Of a DNA stretch of 64,000 nucleotides, positions 54,846-64,000 are shown in pieces (position 1 is the stretch's first letter; each line of letters begins with the position of its first letter). Source of the stretch: the human T2T-CHM13v2.0 reference genome, Homo sapiens; the NCBI RefSeq assembly GCF_009914755.1, contig NC_060936.1, one strand, 5' to 3'. The position numbers and the translations under genes were made by a program. The notes under the pieces were generated by a model. It had not been told where the DNA came from. It made no database searches and was given only the letters and a program-made list of their open reading frames with translations.

Positions 54846-55400
54846 TTCATTCATTTGTACCATAAATATTTAATGAGGACTTAAAATGTACCAGGCAGTT
54901 ATCTATGCATGGGATTAGGAAGCTCCTGCCCCAGTGGAAGGAGCTTCTAGGAGAGGGAGGTCAACAATAAACATAAAAGTAAAGACATATTCTTTTCAAT
55001 GGTGAGAAGTACTAATGGAAAATAATAAGAGTGGTGTTGGACAGGATGTTGCTGTCTTATACAGAGTGGTAATGCAAGACTTCTCTCATAAGAGAACTAA
55101 AGAATATAAGAGATCTAGCCATGTGAAAGGAGATTTTCAGAAAGAAGGAAGGGCAGGGGCAAAGGACCTGAAGCAGAAGCATGCTGGGGTGTACAAGGAG
55201 TAGCAAAGAGACCAGTGAGAGAGTGGAAGGGGTGAATTCAGAGAAAGGAGGGTGTGTTTTGTGGAGCCTTTGGCTTTGACCATGATATAGGAAGTTGCTT
55301 TGACTCTGAGATGGGAAGTTGCTGGAACATAGGAAAGCCATAACAGGATTACTCCAGCTGCTGGTCTGAGACTGACAGGAAGGAAGCAAAGTCAGCTGAG
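54846..55400 (-). mobile_element. L2 relic
   Basis: ttcattcatttg...aaatatttaatgaggac...gtaccaggca, followed by purine-rich L2 body. Confidence 0.7.
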
Positions 55401-58199
55401 AGGGAGTGGGGTATTGGACCTGGGCGGTGATAGCGGGTGGAGTATGTATGACATAATCTAGGACAGCATCCACCCCAGCCTGGAGGGCTGTGCCTCAGAG
55501 CTTCAATATAGTTTGTGCTATGGCAATTTTCTTCTGACATTTTAATGGCAAAATATTACAGGTTAGAGTGAAGCACACCTTTTGGCATCCACCAGAGCAA
55601 GAGCAATGCATCCACACTTTAAAAGAAATAGCTTCTAGTATATAGACTGCATTTCTGAACTTGCTAAAATACAAACTATGCGGCTATTTAGGTGCCTTTT
55701 TAAAGACCTACTTACTATTAACTCAGTGAACCAAAGCTGATCTGTGTATCTCGTGAGTACTTATATACAGACTTAGTGCATGGATTATTAACCCAATAGA
55801 CCAAAACAGATCTGACTATCTTGTAAATACATATTTAGGGACTTTTAACACACATATTATTTCACTGATGGACTGTAACAGGTCCCTTCAGAGCCACGGC
55901 AGACAAGCAAATGCTTCTTTGGAGATATTATACTCAGTGTCCATGTTATGGTGACTCTGGTGTGTTAGGAACCTCTATGAAAATTTAATGACACCCATAT
56001 CTCACCATGACCTATCACCAATTTCCTAAGAAAAATATTTGACTGGGTTTAAAATTTCCACATTGTGCTTCAGAAAAGTCTCAGAGACCAGTCTACATTA
56101 AAAGACTCACAGCTTGAAACTTGTTCTCTTTAAAAAATGATGGCACTTGTTCTCTAATTAAAAATGATAAATGAGTTTAATTTTATTTTTGAGAAAAAAT
56201 AAACATATACAAATTTAACAATGCACCCATCATAAGAGTCAGGGTGTTCCATGCCACTGGAATTTCACTAAGGATTAAGCTTCTCCTCCTTTTAGTTTCA
56301 ACTTTATTCATTTTTCCCCCTAGAGCCAGCTAAAGGTTGAAATAAATCATAAATAGCCCTTAGCAAGTAGAGGCAGATCTCAAATCCAACCTCTACTAGA
56401 AATAATTTAAAGGGAAAGGTTTTAAGAAACATAGAGATCTTTTTGCCCAACTCCTAATAAAGATATGTTTGCAACTGCCTGAGTGCAAGGAAGATGTTGA
56501 ATTATCTACAGCATTTGCTGTTAACTCTCAAAAGTCAATGCTAATGCTGATAGAGGGGTCAGAAACCAATACACGAAAAATTTAGATAGTATAAAACATC
56601 ATGTTAGTCAAGACAAGCAACAGTTCTGTGCCTGCAGATTTTTATCACTTAGAAATATCACTTGAAATCATTTTTACTTCTCCCTCAATGATCAGGCAAA
56701 GAAACATATACAAAAGGCTGAAATAAGTACCCTTTATGCGTCCAATATCATAAAAACGTAAGCCAAAAAAATTTAGAACTTTGCTTGAAGAGGTATTAAA
56801 AGTGGAAAAGAGAGGATAAATATATGTCAGAGTTCTATGTACATGTTAACCGAAAACCAAACTTGGACCAGTGTCTATAAATAGGAGTGAGCACTTAGCA
56901 TATTAATTAGCTTCCTCTTGGCAGTCCTTATGCAAGGCATAAGTAAATCCTTGTGCTGTGCTGAGAAGTGTCATTTTGCAAAATGTATTTCCTGGAGCTA
57001 GATCCCTGCAAATATGTGCTGAATATTTGTGAGACTTTAAGTATATAATCTCTCTCTTACATAAAGAAAAGAGAATCATGAATCAGGGAAATTTTCATTC
57101 AAAAAATAACAAGAGGATAATTATTAACTAGATTCTATCATATTTTTTGAGCAACTTCATGATTTGTGAAGCCAGTGTTGAAAAAAAAACAAGTCCCTAG
57201 CATGATGCATGTATAGAGCTATATGGATCTTAAGGCTCTGAGGGCAGCAGCTTTATCTGCCTTGCTTATCATTGTATCACATGGTCTGTTTCACAGTGGG
57301 TGCTCAACGCATATTTCATGAAGGAATAAATGAGGGTTCCCATTGGTGTCTGCATGGACCAACTTCTGAGCCACTCAGTCCCTTTCCTCTTTTCCATACA
57401 AAGGGAAGTGGAAAAGAACTTGGGACCACTGTCCAGTTATAACAAATGCCCTCTTGCTTTCCAGCAGGTATTTGTTCTTGGAGTCAGGAGTTTTAATTCT
57501 AATGCCATTTTTGTCTCAAACACTTGTAAGGAAAGGGCAAAGAGGGTGAAAAATAGGGAGACATAAGTAATGTAGTAGAAAGCTAATGGTCTCCATGAAA
57601 ATTTATCTTTACTGGCCACCTTATAAAATCATAGAATCTCATATTTGGTATAAATTTGGCATGTTCTCTAACAAACACTTGTACCCCCTTTATTACTTGT
57701 TGAACAAGGGCTCAATCAGCATATGTGAGAAGCACTGCAACAGACAGGGAAATAAGCGCTTCCCCCACTAGCCAGCGGGGGCTGTCTCTGTCCATTCAGA
57801 GATGGCTCTGTCCATCTCTGATCTTGAGAGAGGCAAACCTATCAAAGAGTTTGAAAGCCAGTGATGGAAGAAACATGATGGGTATGAAACATAATTGATA
57901 AAGAGACCATATGTTATCTGTATGTTGAAGTAGATAAACGAGAAAATAGTGTATAGAGTATAAAAGAGTAGCATATTTAGATTTGTTTAACTCACTGAAT
58001 GTCTTCCACTTAGTCCCTTTTCTTCCGCTTGTTAGTCACATTTTAGAATCATTAATGAAATAGCTAAAATAATTTTATATCACTTACTACTGGGGCAGTA
58101 AAATAATCCATTAAAAAAATCACCTTCATAAGTGCCGTTCCTTTGGGAAATTTACTGAATTGAAAACTGATCTGGATGAAGTGTGAAAATTTTTTATTA

Positions 58200-59050
58200 C
58201 CTGAGCATTAAAGATAAGATGGTATTCTGTCAGTCTGGAGTTGGTTCACTGAGGAGCCTATTAATGTCACCACCATTTTCTCAAATATTTCAGATGAGAA
58301 TCTTAGTCATGTAGGCCAAACCAATAAGTGATCATATATCGGAGCTAGTATTTCCAGATGCTCTGTGGCATGTTTCTCCTTATCACTGCTGCCTTCCCTT
58401 TGTTTCCAACAATGTTCTACCTTTAGGCTAGTTTTTGGTGTCTTGTAGCCAGTCCCTAGTCTTTGCAGGCTGTCCTATTCACCACTGCCAGATCAAACCT
58501 TCTCAAGTGTGACTCTCATTGGTTTACTCCTTTGTTTATCATCTTGTATGACTCTGTTCCTTGAATTAATTCTGAAATCCTCTGCCTGGCATTGAGGGTC
58601 CTTGGAACCCTCTCACCACCTCACCTTTCCAGCACCTTGGGGTCAAACTCCACAGCACAACAATACTCAGAGGAAGCTGTGTGCTTTCCTTTCTTTGTGC
58701 CTTTGCTCATGGGCTGCTGTGCCTCTGGAATGCTTTTCTGACAATCTCTGCTATCATTCAAAGACAAGAGTCAAGCATCACTCCATCAGAAGCATTCCAT
58801 GATGTCCTCCTGCCATGTACCGCAATCTTTCCCACAACTGAACTCCCACACCGCATTCTGTAAATATTTTCTGTCGTTTAGATTATGCCCCAGGCTATAG
58901 TCATTTATGTACTTGTCTATTCTTCTAAATGGATAGTCTTTCATAATAGAAGTGACCACTTGTAATTATCTGCACATCACCAGGAGGGCCCAGCACATGC
59001 CCTGGCACACAGTGAGTCCTCAGTAGTATTTGTGTGATGAATGAATAAAC
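58200..59050 (+). mobile_element. L2 relic
   Basis: tgctcatgggctgctgtgcctctggaatgc...cccagcacatgccctggcacacagtgagtcctcagtagtatttg...tgaatgaataaa. Confidence 0.7.
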
Positions 59051-59380
59051 ATTGCTGCTACTATTCTTATTTTATAAGTCCCCAAAACAAGTACAAAGTG
59101 CTAAATTGGGGGAGAGGAGAAGAAGGCTGATGGAGAATAACAATTTGAAATAAAGTAAGAAAGTCTTTTTTCATAGGATATCAATTTGTCTAGTAATTAG
59201 AGGAAATGGATTTAAGTGTATACCTGAGCCAGTTTGTAAAGGAAGAAAATTGGGATTTTTATTGTTTCTATTTTACCAAGGAACATATGCGTGTTTTACC
59301 ACAAATGCGTAAGCTGGTGAACCCTGGTAGATAGACATGCTAATTTATGTAGTTAAAGAATGACGGGGGTTCTGGTCTGT

Positions 59381-59500
59381 TAGGGTACCTATACATCCTG
59401 GTTTGCCCTAAACAGTCTTGATGTATGGCTCATTATGAATAGCAGCTTTTTTTTTTTTACTTTCGAAAGTATCCTAGACAATACATTGTGTGGTTGTCCT
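59381..59500. mobile_element. hAT-Blackjack MITE (MER81/MER94-like)
   Basis: Degenerate terminal inverted repeats tagggtacctatacatcctggtttgcc ... tgtggttgtcctg. Confidence 0.6.
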
Positions 59501-61406
59501 GTTTTTATACTTATTGAACTTTAGTTGAGACAGATACTTCATAATCACATGTTGTATAATCCTAACATTCCAAGCAGAATTTCTTAAATTGAATACTTAA
59601 GTTTATTAAATTGCATGATTTCCCTAAATTGAGATTCCTTTTTATTTTCTTGTAAGTCTTGCATTGTGACTAGAAAGAAAAATGCCACAAAGTTGGCAAC
59701 AGTTACCACAGTATTATAATTCTTTCCGATTTCTTACTGAACGAAACAAGATTAGTATTGCTATTAATTTGTTCATGTAATTTCATAAAACAAATAAGAA
59801 GCAAATCTGTCTTTTGCCTCACTGATTGTGACAACACTAAACCTTATTTCCTAAGAAAACAATGAAAAGTAAATTGAACCTTCCAAGTTGGTTATTAAAC
59901 CAGGTAAGCATGGGCACATTTATTTTACCAGGGATCTAGATATAAAATAAAGATTCCTTATACTACATATATGACTTTTATCAAAATGCCGACATTCAAT
60001 TTTTGTTTGAAGATACTTATGATACACATTCAGAGGATTTCCTTGCATTACTGAAAGGTGTCTGTGAAAGGTTGTGTTTAAGGTGCATATTTGCATATCA
60101 AATCATATTTTCCAGTGACTTCTATTCTGCTTTCAAAAACTGTTTTCATAGTGGCAGAAAAAGGAGAGCTGTCTTTTACAATATAAAGCAAAATTCATAT
60201 TAAAGATTCTAATATTCTTTTCAGAGGCAATAAAATAGAGTGGAAGGAAACAGACTAGGAGTGTGGCCCCAGTTCTAGATCTGTCTCTTGAATGAATCAT
60301 ATTCCACCTGTGTGCTCCACAGAACAACCAGTGTTGGCTGTGGAGTGATTGGTCTGCATCTATTTCTAGAATGTAACTCATATAAGCAAAGTGAGACAAA
60401 TTCATGGTCAAATCCTTAAAAACTTTTACGAGTATTCTAACAGTTTAAACATATCAACCCACATTTTTTTTTAGTTGTTACAGAGAAAGCCCACACACTC
60501 ACATGGCCTCACACTGGTCTATGTGTAGTAACCATATATCTCAACTGGTATCAAGTAGCACACCTCTCCGTATTATCTCTGACTTTAGCTTTAGCATTCA
60601 GAGCAAGTTAGCTCATATACATTTACCAATTTGAAATGGAAGATGCAGTCTGTAAAAACTAGAAAATAAATTACTTTATTTACATATAATACATATTTGT
60701 TAATTTAAAAATACAGAAAATAATCCTAGTTTGAATTTTTTCTTCACTATATCACATTGTCTCTGAAATGAATGAGTGGAATCCTAAAGATGATGTGTTT
60801 TATATTAGGATTACAGTTCTCCTTCTCCTTCAAGGGCATAAGCTATTGATAATACTCTGGTTTCTGGTTACATATTGCATTTACCAATATTCACTGTCTA
60901 TTAAATAATCCAGTTCAGTGTAACTGAATATAAATAAAAGAGAACCAGTAAATCCAATCTATGCATTTCAGATCCAAAATACAATTTTTAAATATGATGG
61001 AAATTGTACCACCTAAGATAACCACAGTTTATATTTTGTGTGTGTTTTCCTCTTCTATGTACACTGTATGAGTGCAATTTTGCCATTTTTGGGGGTTTCA
61101 GCATTTTTTCCAGATTTTATTTAAATCATTAAGAGCTATAATTAACTGCTTTATGCATAAATCTTTGTCTGCATTTCAGAGTTATCTCCCTGAGAAAATT
61201 TTCCCAAAGTAAAATTATTGTATCAATGCACAAGAATAGTTTATAATACTTCAGATAAATATTTATTAAAAAATTGCTTTCCAAGAAAAGATGTATTAAA
61301 TTATTCTTACAAGCAATATATGAGAGTAGTATCATTAGTATTAAGTGGGCGTATTTCCTTTATTATTATATAACCTTTATTTAAAGCACATTTTAAAAGG
61401 AGCATG

Positions 61407-61636
61407 GCTTGAGGCCAGGAGTTTGAGACCAGTCTGGCCTATGTAGTGAGACCCCGTATCTACAAAAAAAATAATTAACTGGGCATGGTGGCATGCATCT
61501 GTGGTCCCACCTAGTCAAGAGACTGAGGTGGGAGGATTATTGATCCCAGGAGTTAGAGGCTGTAGTGAGCTCTGATCACACCACTGTGCTCCAGCCTGGG
61601 TGACAAAGCAAGACCCCCAACTCTATATAAATAAAT
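61407..61636 (+). mobile_element. AluJ, 5'-truncated
   Basis: gcttgaggccaggagtttgagacc...gggaggattattgatcccaggagttagaggctgtagtgag (J diagnostics); degenerate TSD aaaaggagcatgg / aaaaggtgcttgg. Confidence 0.88.
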
Positions 61637-63293
61637 AAAAGGTGCTTGGAATAAATATCCAGTTTATGGAAATAATATAGTTTCATCAACATAGTAAATG
61701 GGCTTAACATTATAGTTAGTATGTAATGTATACCTACTTCCATGTCAACTGTATATTCAAATATAGGTCCATAAGCATAAGGTTGAAAAAAAACAGATAA
61801 GTTTTAAGAGATTTGAATTTTCAAAGTTGAAGGACATTTTAAATGAAATCAGGAAATGCCTCCTAAATTAAGCATGCTCTGCCCCAAATCTGCTTGTTCT
61901 TCTATGCTGTCCTGTTTAACAGCCTCATCAGCTGCACAATTCTAAGAGTTACTGTGTTCTGAGCATTTACGGTGTTGCTGGTCTCTCAACTACGTGCTTT
62001 AGAGATCACCTCTAATCCTTAAAACAAACTTGCTTTCTAGGTAAAGTGGCACAGACCAGAAAGCTGACAGCAGCCCTGATTCCTTCCTACTTCTCACCTC
62101 CAACATCCACAAAATGTTCTCAGTTGAGCCTGGTGCATCTTCACAGCCAGGCCCTATCCCCAATTCCTCTGAAGCAGTAGTCCCCTCACGTCTTCCTGAT
62201 CTTAGTCTCTGCCACCTCCATCTCTTTCTTACTATGAATGATCGTGTCACTCCTCTGCTGAAAATTCTTCAGTGATTTTTTTTTTATTGCTTCTACCAAT
62301 GCTCTTCAATGCCTTTTCATAGAGGAAAAATGAGGAACGTGAGGGGTCTTAGCCCACCAAGTCTGGGTGTAGGGCCTAAAGAACAATTTCATGCCAGTTT
62401 TGTGCTTCATTTTCTTTTGAAATTTGCGTTTTACCTCTTAGTAGATATATTGTGGTTTCCCCACACCCACTTTCACAAATTGATACTCCAGGAAGATGCA
62501 AAGTGCTTAAATTGTGGTTTTCTGGCTCCCCTGACATTCCAGTTTGGAAAACTCAGGCCTATATAATGAAATGTAAACTCCATAGCACATGAGGCACTTC
62601 CCCCCATCTGCCTCTCTGTGCTCACCTCCCACTAATCCAAGTGTGATGTGGGAACGCTGTGCTTCTGCACACACAAACTGCCTGCAGTTCCCCAGGGATG
62701 ACGTTTTCTTGGTTTTTTGTTTTTGTTCTTGCTTTCCTCTGCCTAGAATATCCCCTCTTCTCTTCCTCCACACTGTTCTATACCATTGATTTCATGACGG
62801 AGGTAGAAATAAGAACACAAAAGCAAAAAAGTTTTTTTAACTCTTAAATATTTGACAAACAAAAGATATGGTTACAGTTTTTCACTTAAAGAAGTACTGA
62901 ATTCTTCTTTAAAAATGCTTAGATTCTGGCCTCTGCCCTCTCTTCCATTTGCCTTATGTGCCATTATTGTTTTTTCTTACTTTGGGTTCCGCCAAAAGTC
63001 TCTAACCTTCTTCAATATGGCTGACCTTGTTTTATGCATCCCTCTCTTCCAAGTACTCTGCACATGGTAGAATGATTGAAGCAATGACTAAATCTTAAAG
63101 ACACTTGCAGGCTAGCAAAGCTAAAGCATAAATCTCGAAAAGGATTTAGAACTGAGACTCTTTGGATATACCTCTCACTTTTTCAGAAAGTTGTTTTGTT
63201 CTTCAAATTAAATATGAGAGAAAATATGATCATATTTTTGTAGTTTAAATTTGAAATTATTATTTACTTTTCCAGTAAACATGCCTAAATACA

Positions 63294-63294
<1 letters not shown>

Positions 63295-63339
<45 letters not shown>
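63295..63339. repeat. Perfect (AC)22 microsatellite
   Basis: Uninterrupted acac... run. Confidence 0.97.
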
Positions 63340-63340
<1 letters not shown>

Positions 63341-64000
63341 CCTCTAACTCAGCCGCATTATTGGCTGGTAGCATGTTTAAAGTGTGTTGATGGAGCAAAT
63401 AAATCTTTTGGCTCATTTCAAACCCAGAGAAAGATGTCAGCAGTAATAATGATGTTTACAGATGAAGCACTGGATGGTAATATTTTTAAATACAACAACA
63501 AATAATCTACGCCTGTAGTCATCATAAATGAAACAGATTAGGAGAATGTGAAGATGAAGGCACAAAGCTGATAACCACTTGGCTTGAACTGAGATACAGC
63601 ACTTCTAGACATCGTTGAATTTTAAATGTCCATATTTCATTACTTAAAATAAGACATTTAAGGCAACATATGTTTGTATTTGGTGTTGATGCAAGCTATT
63701 ATAGAAGTCACAGTTTTGGAACCGAAATCTAATTGTAAGTTGGAGCTCTGCAGTAGAAGTTATTCACCAGCCGAAGTTAAAATTGACCAGTCTCTCAAAT
63801 ATTCTTTTGCCTGTGCTTTCATTTCATTGTTCTTGCCCTCTTACAGATATTCTCTTTTCATATTTCTATTTGTTAGCAAAACATTTCAATAGTAGCAAAA
63901 TGTTAGAAGTTAAATCTGATACTTTTTCTTCATTCTGTAAAACACATTGACACCATTTGCTCTTTTTGCTCTCTTGAGCATACCAGGTTTTTAAAGTCCC

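Overview
AT-rich, repeat-dense primate genomic DNA, almost certainly human (AluY/S/J, L1PA, MIR, L2, MER and MaLR relics). The whole window lies inside a + strand gene I recognise as PDZRN4 (LNX4, PDZ-domain RING-finger E3 ligase family). Two internal coding exons are well supported: 49132-49388 (257 nt, C-terminal half of a PDZ domain plus linker) and 52487-52589 (103 nt, acidic linker). They join in frame across a 3098-nt GT-AG intron; the rest is very long intron. No prokaryotic system, CRISPR array, rRNA or tRNA is present, and nearly all ORFs in the track are Alu-derived or chance. Most notable signals: (1) a recursive-splice-site motif (pyrimidine tract-CAG|GTAAGA at 20539/20540) followed by a 56-nt stop-containing candidate RS-exon, where the same junction also ends a possible 21-codon alternative N-terminal exon; (2) the 360-nt, phase 0/phase 0, stop-free exon pair, which would give an endless ORF if back-spliced; (3) a CpG-retaining RFX X-box cluster with an ATG|GT donor in frame with the PDZ exon; (4) an LC8-type TQT motif in the protein; (5) a natural tetO-like palindrome. 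Repeat subfamily names come from remembered consensus features, and boundaries of old repeats are approximate.
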